NCBI GenBank assembly: GCA_021613535.1
Contig: CP075496.1
Location: 9,796,001 to 9,860,000, forward strand
DNA: 64,000 nt
Direction: 5' to 3'
DNA from: Adineta vaga
Taxonomy: Eukaryota > Animalia > Rotifera
Made by a program: the position numbers and the translations under genes. Each line of letters begins with the position of its first letter. Position 1 is the first letter of the stretch. Below are positions 36,836 through 49,018 of this stretch, piece after piece. Under the pieces are notes generated by a model. That model saw only the letters and a list, made by a program, of their open reading frames with translations. It made no database searches and was not told the DNA's origin.

Positions 36836-39800
36836 TCAATTTTCAGAAAAAAGTTTTTCGATTTCCTCAAGTTGTGGAACACTAATTACGTAGGTGTTGC
36901 GTGTACCAAACTTGGGCGCTTCGTTGAGCAAACAGATTATAGTTGTTAGCTCGATATTCAGTTGATCAGGTGTCTTCGGGAATTTAAATGATATTCGTGG
37001 ACCAGATGGGTGTAAAAAATTGACTTTTAATTCTTTTAAATTAAGTTCAATAGCTTGAATTATTGCTAACCACCAACAATCATCATATTCAACTATAACA
37101 TAATTATCAACTTTGACATCATCAATTGTTAAAACATTTTTGACATATTTCAGTTTGCACGGATTTGTTGAAAGCATCGAGAAATCTTCGTAAAGGTTAG
37201 CATTCGAAGTTACTTTACAGCGTATTGTTTCATCATCAATTGGTTCGAAATGATGAAACGATCGTATTCCTAATTATTAGAAAGCATACTAGTTGCTTTA
37301 GACTTAAAGAACTTCTTACCATAAATCGGTCCAGTAGAAGAACGACTCTTCCAACGATCAGATAAATACTTTTCATAGTTTTCTTTAATTTCTCTTTCAT
37401 ATAAATACCAGATGTGTATTTTAACTTCTTTTTGTTGTTGTTGTGTAACCGAGTCTGTTGTGGCAGTGGATGTTGACGAGCACTTTGGACCAAATTTTAT
37501 TTTTGCAAAGTTATATAATTCAAGTGGTGTAGCTAGAAATTTCTCGGGACCACCAGCTCTCATTGTTTCGCGACGAGCTGAGCTTTTGACAACGGCCCCC
37601 AACCCATCTATGGAGCCCTTGCCGTGACTTGTCTAAATAGACCGCGTTTTAGAAACCCACAACGGAATTAGAATTATATATTACTTACCGAGTAAAATAT
37701 CCATTGAGCCTTGTATTCAAAATCTTTATAATGATTTACCAAGTTTAACATAGATATATTGTTTTTAAAATGACTAGCACAACCATCACTTAAATAAACG
37801 ATAGTTTTAACAGTCAGATAATTCTTTTTTATATAATCAGATATTAGTCTTTGTGCGGAATGCACAAACATGGTATCGTGGTTTAAGTAATCGGAGATGA
37901 TTACGATATTGGAGGTCTAAAGAAAAGAGAAAGCATTTTAATTTACGTAAAGGTACTTTTACACATATTACAACCTCATATTTTGTTTTCACTTGCACTG
38001 TGAATAATGTAGCTTGTGCAGTTGACCAATGTTTGCTCATGATCTCGTTTTGAGATTCTAAAGCCTATAGTAAATGCAAAGAATGTGTTGTAGTAAGAAT
38101 GCCCATGAGAAAGTTAAAGTCAAAGATCTCGCGTTTCACGTCAATGAAAAAAGCTTACATAGTTCTCGGCAAAGTCAATATGCACTAAAGCAGTATCAAC
38201 CGGAATTAATTCCTTCAATTTCCTGATATATTCGAATTGAGCACTTGTTATGTAACTATGAGTGATAAATTTTAACCATTGATGATCCATTTCCAATAAA
38301 AGATCATGAACAGAACCACTCATACGATGTATGTCTAATTTTCCATTGATACTGGCCCATTTCATCCAACTTGCATCCTCGTCGAGATCAACTGCAGTAT
38401 ATAGCTTTGGTACTTCAATAGATGGAATCTTCGTTTGGCATATTAAACAATCACCGTACATACATGAACTATTTTCACGAGAACAAACAATTTTTTCCAC
38501 AAAAGAATTCGACTTTAAAGCTGATTGTATGATTGTAGAAAATGCCTGGAGAATTAAGTTTATATGAGTCGCATAAAATAAAACGATTAAGAAGTTATTA
38601 TCTCACCACCATTAGTAATCTAAAGTTTTCATGAAAATGACACAGGCATATATTCTTCTTTATCGATAACTTCACCCATTTAGGCCGTAAATAGCAAAAT
38701 TTAGTATGACCAATCTTAATGTCCGGATGATTTTCATAGTTCGACTATAAAGGATACAACTCATTTATAATTTAAACTAGAATAATGATAAAGATATTCT
38801 TAAATCAATAGCATACCTTAAATAATTCAAACGATTCTGTCAAAGACATCAACATGTATCGACAAAAAATAGTTTTTTTCTCTCCATCACTTTGTTTGAT
38901 ATTAATAGTATCTTTCGAATTCGATGAGCATCGGGTAATAAGGTCATCTAAATCACGAAAATATTACATATAAATATCGAGTTTCTCGTAAGCTTACCTT
39001 CATAAAAATCAAGAACAGTTTTTATTGTGATTGGTGTTATCTGACCACGATCTTGGTTATTTTCATAGAATGATAATATTCCATTCGATTCACGTAATTC
39101 AATTGCCATCCGACCTTCCCATTCAGAAACTGAGAAATGACTTACGATTTCGCGTCTACCCCAAGCCGATGGACATATCGTGAGAAGTCGAATACGTTCT
39201 GCATGATCACTCATCAATACTAACTGTTTTAAACCCATTACCAGATGCTCCATATCTTCATAATCCATATCCTTTGTAAGAGTTTTCTCAATATTTGATA
39301 ATGACGCCAATTTGGAAAATGATTGTGACAAAGATTTTATTTCTTTGAGGACTTTCTGACTCTTCTCCTGTGTCTTAGTTGCCAGCCGTCTAAATATGAA
39401 CAACTATATTAATACCTAAAAGTTTTTTACTTGATAAACTTACGTATCTTTCACTGGTGACAAATTTAAAACTTCCAAAAAACTGTTCAGTTTTTCCTGA
39501 TTTGATTTAGTATGAAAATAGCCTTTTACTTCGACATCCGATGGTGATGAAATATCGGTAGCCGAGAAGTTGTAGGCAGAATTGATCGTGGATTGTTCAG
39601 GATTGTCTACCGGTGTTATATGTAAATAACTAAGTCCTTCCGTATCACGTGATCTAGTACATACCGGAGTCGATGTCCGCATACGTTTATGTTTAGGAAG
39701 ATGCGGTGGTGAAAATGTTGTTGGAAAAGTCGGATCTGATTCATCATCCGACGATTCTACCTTGAAAGATGTTTTTCTCGATAAACGTCGTTGTTCGGCT

Positions 39801-39991
39801 GTATAACATTTTCGACATAATAAATCGTTTTCCTTGAGCGCGGATAGTTTTCCTTTATAACGTTTTCGAATGTACTTGTTTATTGATAAAGCCATTTCTT
39901 CTGTAATTTTTGTTATTCCCTTTGGTATTGCTGATAGAACTGCACCTCGCTGACGACGAGGATGTGCAATGGGATGACTACAATTGGGCAT
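36836..39991 (-). CDS. Sola2-type DDD transposase, 9 exons, about 890 aa
   Basis: Manual splicing of 8 GT-AG introns gives one open frame: ..VLDFYE/DDLITRCS..KF..LRPKWV..ICLCHFHEN..VC..C..CLIC..HIDFAENY/..ISDYLNHD..SDGCASHFKN..YS/TSHGKGSIDGLGAVVK..YG/IRSFHHF..WWLAII..FLHPSGP. Confidence 0.88.
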
Positions 39992-40580
39992 GAATAAATA
40001 TTATCTAAAATACAGATTCAAAACATATATTTCATGATTTTATGATAAGTACGAATAATAGTGAAACGTTTCTCTATGTTATTTGCCAGGATTTTATTAC
40101 AACAAATCGCTTTCAGAGCATACTATGTGGCATCTCTATACCTTACTACTTTATTTCTCGCTATCTATATATTGCTAATTCTTCGGAACCATGTAGAGAA
40201 TATATATAGTCTAATAACAAGAGAGAAAAACTATATGTTGAAAAATGCAATATATATGCAAAACAAGACAGAATTTGTAGAAAATGTATAAACTAATAAA
40301 ATTAGAAACTATGGAAAGCGTCCACCATATTATATCTATCGTGACATATACATATACATACATATATATATATGTATATGTATGTATACATATGCATTAT
40401 CGAGACAAAAGAAACCGTGATGCATGATTAGCAGCGCGACACTAGAAACCAAGATAAATGCATGCGTATACCCATAGAGATTAACAGGAAAGCCAGTATC
40501 ATCACATTCGAAACAAATACAAGCCACGAAACTAATGTTAAAAAAGAAGCAATACAAATTTTAAGCCTTTTTCATTAATT

Positions 40581-41390
40581 TTTGTTGTTTTTTAAATCTT
40601 CTCAGATGTAATTATAAGCAACAGACATCGTGATTTGTGCTCAGTGTAAAAAAACATCTATAGTCAGGTATAAAACTCTAGTTTTTACCATTGAAATTTG
40701 CTAAAATTTGACTATTAGGACTGGGATTTTGCCAAAATTGTAGAAGCTCCAGCTCACTCAATTTTGCGAGGAGAAGTCTGATATTTTAATAGGTAGTAGT
40801 ACTCATTGTCTGCTACTCACAAAACAATTTTCATCAAATTCTGACGTTTAGTTTTTGAGATAATTGAGACTCAATAGGCCCATTTTTTAGACCCCCCACC
40901 CCTTTAGACCCATATATCTAGATTGTGGAATACTTTGAAGAAATCTGACCGCGCGCATTCGAATGAGAACACTTTAAGCTTCATTTTTAATACAAGATGT
41001 TGGGATCTCTGACTGAATATGGAAGTTTTATAAAGGTTATGTTTTTGTATGGAAAAGCAATTTTTCGCATATTTGTGGTTGCTCCAGACCAATGAGCCTT
41101 AGAGATATAATGCTGAAAATTATTTTACAAAGACAACTTTTGATGTTCTATCGAATGGTCCGATTCAAAAATTCCGGAAATGTTCACGAGATATAAAAAA
41201 AGGCACGTTTCGAGGGTCATTTTTCGAAAAAATCGACTTTTCGGCCTGCTCTGCAGGAGTTAGCGCATGATGCCAAGCAAAACTAAATATATATTCTAGT
41301 ACAACTTTTCAAGGGCTACAAGACTAGCATAGTTAAAACTTGCCGGCAGAAACTTCTGTAAAACCTGGGAGGAGCTGCGTGGAAATACCC
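40581..41390 (-). repeat. Right terminal inverted repeat (~810 bp)
   Basis: Mirror of 35964-36771. Confidence 0.95.
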
Positions 41391-41745
41391 AATTCACAAT
41401 GGAATCACATTTTCTAACTGAATAATTCTACTAATATTAAACCAATTTTTTTTCTCGTTACACACATTTATTTATGATTTTTTCATACAAATATTTCAAA
41501 CAGAGTTTTTTTGTTGCTGAATAGTTGAAATATGTTTTGTCATGAAAGATGAATTCTTATAAAATATATATTCTAAACTAGAATGAAACGGAAGAACTTC
41601 TCTACAAGTTATCCTTTTCAGATAGGATATTTCAATGTAAAAACGATTTCGTATATTATCATCTGGCTTTTTATAAGATTATATTCGAAATTCATACATT
41701 GTTATAATTTATACAGTCCACAAGTTTTGATCACATGCATCTATT

Positions 41746-42882
41746 GAGCTTGTCCACGCAACACGCCACTTCCCTGATCAAGTTTTGCAAAAATGTTTTT
41801 GCGATGCAGTTTTTCACGCTGATTACAAATCTGCCACTCATTTGCCGAACGAATCGGTTTTTGTTCTAAAAAAATCAGTCTTGAACTTTTGAGATAAAAA
41901 CTTTCTCGGAATTATCTGTAAAGGACACCTTTCGACGCAGAATTTTATTTTCTACAAAATGGTGTGTTTACTTTTCATTTTTGTAGTTATAGGCGATCCA
42001 TAGACTCTCACACATTTTTCGACTTGTGGCTCCGCTTAGAAGCTTCCACACTGATGTATCAGTCTGATCTTCTAGCAGCATGCTGGTCTACACTGAAGGA
42101 CCAGCATCTTAAAATATGAGATCATTCTGAGCATTCTAAGTGCCTCAGAATTGGTCAAGAAAAGCTGTGTTACATTTTTTTGGCAGTTATTTATTTGGGC
42201 AATAAAAATACTTAAATGGGTGTGGGTGGGTGTGTCGGTGCTCCTTATTCAACTTAACCCACACCCACCCTAGATGCTGTTAAATTTATCGCTCTTTTTC
42301 TAAGCGAAGGAAGTTTATATACACATAAACGAAAATAGGCTATTCCAAAGATAATGAGGGAAAAAAGGACTTGAACGAACCAACATTTGGAAATTACCCA
42401 AGATATAAAAAGGGAGAAAAGAAAATCTATGTCAATGTCGTACATACGCCTATGTATACGATACGATCGAGAAAAGGAAAGAAATATTCAACACAGATGA
42501 ATGATATAAGTCTTTGTTTTTTGCATTTTTATTCGAAGGAGAGAGTAGAAAATAAAATCCTTTTTACCATCAGGAAGCTCATCCAAAGCTCTATAACTTT
42601 TGTCCTCACAGTCTTTCGATTGTGAAGTGTCTTGCGCTGGAAATCAGAAAGAAAGGTAGATTACTCGATACTGAGAGTCCTTTTATGTCACAGTGTTACA
42701 CGATCTTAAATTTCTTCATAGATACTCGATGACTATACCAAATCCACTCATTCTCGTATGTCGTGTAGAACAAATCGAGCCTCATCGAATGCCGTTTGAA
42801 CAAGCCTTCCAGTTGTTTTCGTTCAAGAGATAATTAAGAAACAATATGCAAAAATGTCACATCGTCACGTTTGGACAAGCCC
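41746..42882. mobile_element. Non-autonomous Sola-like element with short TIRs and TATT TSD
   Basis: TATT|GAGCTTGTCCA ... TGGACAAGCCC|TATT. The inverted ends match at 10/11 bp, the termini are GRG, and there is no coding capacity. Confidence 0.72.
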
Positions 42883-43266
42883 TATTACACACTTATTTAA
42901 GCCGTACTCAGTAGCTTGAAAAATTTTTGTAAATAGAATCACTCTCGAAAATACCTTCTTGCCAATGATATACTTTTGTAATCTTTTTTTCTTCATTCAT
43001 GGGAATAATACCGTTGCTTGGGTTTTTTCTGTTTTTGTTTCTTTTAAAAACATTCTCAGTGTAACGATGATAAAGTTGCAGATATGAGGGAAAGATATCA
43101 ATGTTATGCGTGAGAAAAGGAGTTACATAACAGATAACACACGTTATAATGGGTAAAGGTTTACTCCTTCTTAGCTACATATGCGAGCCACAGGTAAAGA
43201 ACGGGAAGAATCTAAATGACAGTGGGAAAAAATTTACCTTTATGGGTTTTGTACCCACGTATTTGA

Positions 43267-43370
43267 GGGTGTGGGTATGGGTGTGGGTGACGGTGTGGTA
43301 TGAGTGTGGATGTGTGTTAAAAGCGTAGCCTCATGTAAACCCACACCCACCCATACCCACCCACACTCAC
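43267..43370. repeat. Inverted pair of TGTGGG-like tracts (G-quadruplex-capable on both strands)
   Basis: GGGTGTGGGTATGGGTGTGGG at 43267-43287 and CCCACACCCACCCATACCCACCC at 43340-43362. Confidence 0.8.
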
Positions 43371-44318
43371 TCAATATTCTCCTTCGTTATAAGGTTATTA
43401 GAGATTTTTCCGGATTTTTACTCTCAGGGTACCAGAACATATTCAAAAAGAATCAATTTAATATCAATTTCGTGTTAGCATATTCATTATCACTAATATT
43501 CATACTTTCCATATTTTTTCTTCACAAGAGCACGAAACTATACAGCAGCAATGCATATTATTCATAGATATAGGAACAGATTTCTGCGAATGAAATCATA
43601 TTTTAACATACGCTTTCGAAGAAAATAGAAGTAACATATGCCTCTTGTTAATTTAATCATCCCATATAAAAAGCACAGCAAAAGACTGACGTAAAAAGAA
43701 AAACTTCCGAAAACTTCTAGATTTTTCCAACTTATACACCCACACTCGAGTCTAAATGCTTGCTTTCTTTAACTTATTTATTTTTTTTCAATTCTGACCA
43801 CATTCACAGTTTTATCTTTCTAAGTACATAGGAGAATTTAACAAGAGTAAACAGACAACACAGATGTATATAAGGCTTGTCTTATTATCACATTGACTGA
43901 CGAGAAGAGCTTTTCTCAGTATCATTAAGTACATTTACAACTGTAACAGAGGATTCGTATTCTACATTTTTCTCTGCTGGGAATTATGGTACAAACAACT
44001 CGGTGAGTCATCTGATTTCTTCAATCTCCTACGTCATGTCCTACTTTACGAAAGAGTTAAGATTTGATAAAAAAAAATGTCGTTTTCGCTTTATATTTAC
44101 GCGTCGAAAGGGAAGTACAGTCACTTCCTACACACTGGGTATTTAGTCATGTTTCTACTCAATTATTACAAAGAATACACAGAACGACAGAATGAAGGAA
44201 AAAACCAACGTAAACATGATTTCCATGGTTTTCTCCTTTCATTTTCACTATTGATATAAGTAAGTGGCTCTATTGTGATTCATTGGGAAAAGAACCGTAG
44301 TTGATGTATAAATAAGTC

Positions 44319-44427
44319 TGATGTAATAATCTGAAAAGAAAAAATCTCGAATGAGAAAATCTCGAAACAATAGCGCCACTTTCAACGTCTTTTTCTCAAG
44401 ATTTTTTCTTTTCAGATTTTTACATCA
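44319..44427. repeat. Tiny MITE-like foldback
   Basis: TGATGTAATAATCTGAAAAGAAAAAATCT and its inverse AGATTTTTTCTTTTCAGATTTTTACATCA (1 mismatch in 29). Confidence 0.7.
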
Positions 44428-44666
44428 TACCTTTACCTGAAGTAGTTAACTAGCGCAGATACCCGCTCCAAAGAGGACATAATTTACGTATTCTATCTAC
44501 AACAGTGCTTTTCTCATCACTCACCAGACCTCTGCATTGGGATTTACCCGTCGTGTATCAGTAAATCCTAACACCCTCCTTTCCCGCCCTGCCTTAACTA
44601 GTGTAATTCTACAGGTCGTCACTAAGCATGCGGTACCTGTCTTCCACAATTCTTTCTCCTCCATAC

Positions 44667-45030
44667 GGGTTTAGGTCAGTTGCTCGCTGGACATTTGCTC
44701 ACTAGGTCATTTGCTCGCTCGGACACTTGCTCGTTATAACGTTTGATCGTCATGACATTTGATCGCAAATGGGATAGTCGTTAACTTTATTGATACAATT
44801 CAGAACAAAATAAAATAACTAATTTAGATTTATGTGAAGACGATGAATGATCATTAGCTTTGAAAGATGATTAGCGATAGTCAATCATTATAATCGTATA
44901 AAAAGCGATATGGTTTCAGAACAGCTCATTTGAAGAATGGTCATGTCTGTTATTTTTGCAACAACTTCGAAAAACGCTTCTTTACGCATTCACAATGGAT
45001 ATTCTTATATTAAAGATCGTGAAAATGCTC
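44667..45030 (+). mobile_element. 5' fragment of a MULE-like transposon
   Basis: Tandem subterminal repeats GG(A/T)CA(T/C/G)TTGCTCGC at 44676-44767, then MSVIFATTSKNASLRIHNGYSYIKDR (the start of a FLYWCH-like domain). Confidence 0.6.
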
Positions 45031-47375
45031 AATCTACAATATCTGATGTGGGAAAAGCTTTAAATCAGATGAAGTCAAGAAAAGCTCCGGGAAATGATGA
45101 AATTACTGCTGATCTTCTTAAAGCTGGTGGTGAACCTGTTATTAGGTGGTTACATGAAAGTTTTTAATGATATATGGAAGCAGGAAGAAATGGTAGAGGA
45201 ATAGAATTTAGCAGTTTTGATTGAACTATTTAAAAAAGGTGACAAACAACTATGTGACAACTACAGAGGTATCTCACTTCTCAATGTGACTAGTAAAATC
45301 TTTTCACGTATTATTTTAAATTGTATAAAACTATTGGTAGATCGTCAATTATTGGAAGCACAGTCTGGCTTCAGATCTAACAGATCTACAATTGATCAAA
45401 TATTTACATTAAAACTATGCATGGAAAAATTTAGAGAATTTAATAAACCCTTATTCACATGTTTTATTGATATATCGAAAGCGTATGATTCTGTTAATCG
45501 TGATCTACTATGGAAAGTATGCAGAAAATATGGAATATCAGAAAAACTAGGTAATCTTTTAAAAATGCTTTATACAAATTCAAAAGCGAAGGTTAAAATA
45601 AATGGTGATTTCTCGCATAGTTTCGAAATTTATAATGGAGTAATGCAAGGAGGAATCCCATCTCCAATTTTATTCAACATTTTATTTGACTTTATCATTA
45701 GAAAAGTTATTGAAGAAGCAAATGTAACAGATGTACAATTTTCTTATGGAAGAAATGATTTTTTCCATAGTACAAAAGAAAAGCATTTGAATTATGACAT
45801 TTTGGCGGTACTATATGCAGACGATTTAGTCGTTATGTGTGAAACCCCCAATGATTTAGAGACATTCATTGAAACTTTTGAAAAAATTACTCAAGAATAT
45901 GGGTTATCAATGAGTGTGAAGAAAACGTGTATTATGACATTGAAACAACTGAAAGTTGATCAAAATAATAAAATAATACCCAACCGCGAAGTTGATCAAC
46001 CTGCTTTTGATATTAATATTAGAAACCAGAAGGTAGAAACTGTAGAATTTTGCACTTATTTAGGTTGTGATATATTAAGAGATCAAAAACCTGGTATGGA
46101 AATCAATACAAGATTAGTGAAAGCAGCCACAGCTTTCAATATGTTACGTAGTGTTGTATGGTATAGAAAGATGATTTCAATCAACTCTAGATTGAAAATT
46201 TATAGAGCATGTGTACTTCTAGCGCTGCTGTACGGAAGTGAAACGTGGTCAATAGCTAAAACACATGAACAAAGAGTTAACACGTTTTATATGAAGTGTC
46301 TCAGAATAATTATTGGTGTAAATTTAGGTGACCCGATGTCAAATGATAAAAATTTAGAAATCACTAGGCAACCACCAATTGAACAAATTATACGTCGAAA
46401 TAGATTAAGGTGGTTTGGCCATGCCATCAGAATGATGAACAGTGATAATGAACCATCAGTGGTGAAAAAGATCACATTCTCTTATTTCCCAGAAGAGAAA
46501 CGTCCTGGTATTATTGGGATTAGGAAGAGTTGGGAAGATAAAATGAAAGAAGATATTGATTACTGTCATGTTAAAAATTGGAGGAAAGATTCTCTAAATA
46601 GAGATCACTGGAGGGAATTGATTAACAAAAATGTACAGAGTGGACCTATAGCAGAGAACGAATGCACGCAACCAAATGCTATTATAAAGTCTGTGAAGGA
46701 CATAATAAAATTATTGGGTAACGAGATTATTCGAACAAATTCACTCAAATTCCTCCACTTCTGAAGGATATAGTTTGGTTATCGGGTAACGAGATTATCT
46801 GGTCTTATGTATTTCGTTACCCTGTTGGGTATTTAGACGTTCAACTCTGGATACCCAGTGTAATGACATTATGACAGCTATGCTACAAATATAAACAACG
46901 AGCTGTAAATCGAAGAAATGATGACTTGAGGGTGTATCTCACGGGTTGCTCAAAAGAAAAGTAACAGAAATTCTTGTTAAAAATGCCAATAATTATTATT
47001 TTTGTCCTGGATGTGGAATCCAATTTAAACCTCAAGGAATTACAAATCATGTAAAGGCGTGTGTTAATGCTCAGGTTTGGTGAAAGAACAACAAAATTAA
47101 ATAATTGGAAATGATCTTCATGTGATTATAAAGACACCTTCTGAATGTTGTAAGTATGGTTCATGAAGGAGCCTATTTAAAGCCGGTTTACCGTAGGGTG
47201 GTCTCCTGATCCTCATGCTTTTATCACCAGTCGAGTTCCGACAATACAGTCATCAAAGAAGACAAAAACTTAAACTTCGCTAATAAATCATTTTTTGCGT
47301 GTTTTGGTTTTTTGTATTCTTCTCACCCTACACCGGAAACGGTAGCGGGTCTAACTAACTAACTAACTAACTAAC
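45031..47375 (+). mobile_element. 5'-truncated RTE-clade non-LTR retrotransposon, decayed
   Basis: KAPGNDEITADLLK, KKGDKQLCDNYRGISLL, QSGFR, FIDISKAYDSV, GVMQGG, YADD, YLG and RLRWFGH. A frameshift and stop lie near 45165-45203. There is a C-terminal CPGC..HVKAC finger at about 46997-47062 and a (CTAA)n tail at 47351-47375. Confidence 0.9.
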
Positions 47376-48266
47376 ACTTCTGTTCATTGTCTATCTCGAA
47401 AGAGTAATGGATTAAGCAACATCAAAAACTAACGGAATCAACGTCAGTGGAACAGTTATCAATAATCTAAGATTTGATGATGGTATTGATCTTCTGAGCG
47501 AAGCTCTTACCTCACTCCAGGATCAAATTGAACGACTCACAAAAGTGGCAGAAGAAGGTGAACTTATGATGATCATTAAGAAAACAAAGACAATGGTGTT
47601 TGGTGATGAAAATATTGATCAAAAAGTCGAAGACAACGGTGAAACAATTGAAAATGTCGAAGAGTTCGAATATTTGGGAAGTTTACTAACATGGGACAAT
47701 AATGGCTCAAAAGAAATAAGAAGAAGAATCAACAAAGCAAATGGTATAATGGCAAATATGAAGCATATGTGGGCAACTGGCAAATTAACAATCGAGAATA
47801 AGATAAAGCTGTTGACAACGTGCGTGTTTAGTGTACTCCTCTATGCCTCGGAAATGTAGACATTAAAGGAGACTGACAAACAAAAACTATTGACTTTCGA
47901 AATGCGATGCTACCGAAGAATACTTTGAATCCGTTAAACGGATATGATGAAGAACATCGAAATACGAAAACAAATTGGTGCTCATGAAACAATAATAGAT
48001 GTTACCAAAAAACGGAAATTGAGACTTTTGAGGGTGTGTATGCAGAATGGATAACGACAGACTCCTGAAGCACATCGTTTTCTCTTGAACACATGAAAAT
48101 TCAAGAAGAGGACGACCATGTAGGGAGTGGTTATACGATATTACCGACTGGTGTGGCCACAATTGTAGAGATTTGATTCACTTTGCGCAAAGCAGGTACA
48201 AATGGAAGAATCTCATCCGTACGTTGGTTGGTCCCAACGGGCGCTAAGCCCATGGGACATCAAGAA
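47376..48266 (+). mobile_element. Second, different RTE-like RT 3' fragment (pseudogenised)
   Basis: LFIVYLERVM..INNLRFDDGIDLL (degenerate FADD), KKTKTMV, VEEFEYLGS, LLYASE* and FEMRCYRRIL*. It has many stops. Confidence 0.82.
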
Positions 48267-48639
48267 ACTCACTAATGCTTTGGCAAAATTTATACGAAAG
48301 TACCAACGGTTTCATATCATCGCGCAAGGTTTGGTAAAGTTCTTGCCAAACTGTCACTGGCTTTGTAAATTGCCCAAAGGTTTGAGAAAATTTACGCTAA
48401 ACTGTGGTGAGTTCTGTATGCTTGTAACTGGTTCATTTAACGAACGGAGAGCACTCAGTGAAAGATATGTCGATTTATATCGGTCGACGTCCATTTTCCA
48501 ATAGACCGACATAGAATTAGATAAGTGATAATATGTGATAGTTAAACTACATCTTATCTTCTTTCCTGTTTAGAATCAATGTCAAAGAATTTGGTAGAAT
48601 GGCCAATGCCCACCCTTAGCAGTATTTGTGAGAGTGCGA

Positions 48640-49018
48640 GGGGACCTTCGAAACAGATCTTCGAAGAATGTGTTCTGAAATATCTCAATACGGAGCCTGT
48701 AAGGTGATGAGTAAAAGAGAGTGTTTTAATGAACCAAAAGGAATATCAATGCAGAGAAGGTTTCGTAGCTATGGGTTAGTACGAAACCTTTTTCAAGATA
48801 GATTCAGAAGGTTTTTTTTACAGTATCTATGATACTGAACTTTCTTTCTTAGCAGGAAAAAAGTTTTGCACTAAACCTCTGCTATGAAACCTCTTGTTCT
48901 GAAATTTTCCAGTAAGATTCTATCTGGAACCTTTTCTCTACTAAACAAAAAAAGGATCTTCCCGTGTATCGGTGGGAAGATCCTTTCATAATTCGGTAAA
49001 AATCCATTTTTTACAGTG
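48640..49018 (-). mobile_element. One-ended CACTG (EnSpm-like) MITE fragment
   Basis: TTTTTTACAGTG|TA end (CACTGTAAAAAA on the minus strand), recurrent (G)AAACCT/AGGTTT motifs, and a 13-bp perfect hairpin at 48951-48986. No partner end was found. Confidence 0.45.

Larger units (their letters stand above)
35964..41390 (-). mobile_element. Sola2-type DNA transposon, full length, AATT target-site duplication
   Basis: AATT at 35960-35963 and 41391-41394. GGG/CCC termini, ~810 bp TIRs, and an internal transposase with DFAENY, SDGCASHFKN and TSHGKGSIDG motifs. Confidence 0.9.

Noticed and set aside
40345-40395. (TA)/(TACA) tract inside the transposon
   Set aside because: It is an ordinary microsatellite upstream of the transposase with no further structure.
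42897-44300. Possible additional DNA transposon starting at TTAA
   Set aside because: The composition is TE-like, but I could not find a matching second end or TSD.
44676-44767. Short spaced repeats resembling a CRISPR array
   Set aside because: Units are ~13 bp with 1-6 bp gaps, the context is eukaryotic and there are no cas genes. They fit MULE subterminal repeats.
45217-46764. 515 aa RT ORF as an active or domesticated reverse transcriptase
   Set aside because: It is 5'-truncated with no endonuclease, has an upstream frameshift and stop and a non-ATG start, and its C-terminus is interrupted by an insert.
48951-48986. 13-bp perfect hairpin as an intrinsic terminator or ncRNA
   Set aside because: It lies within a MITE-like fragment in a eukaryotic genome, with no supporting gene context.
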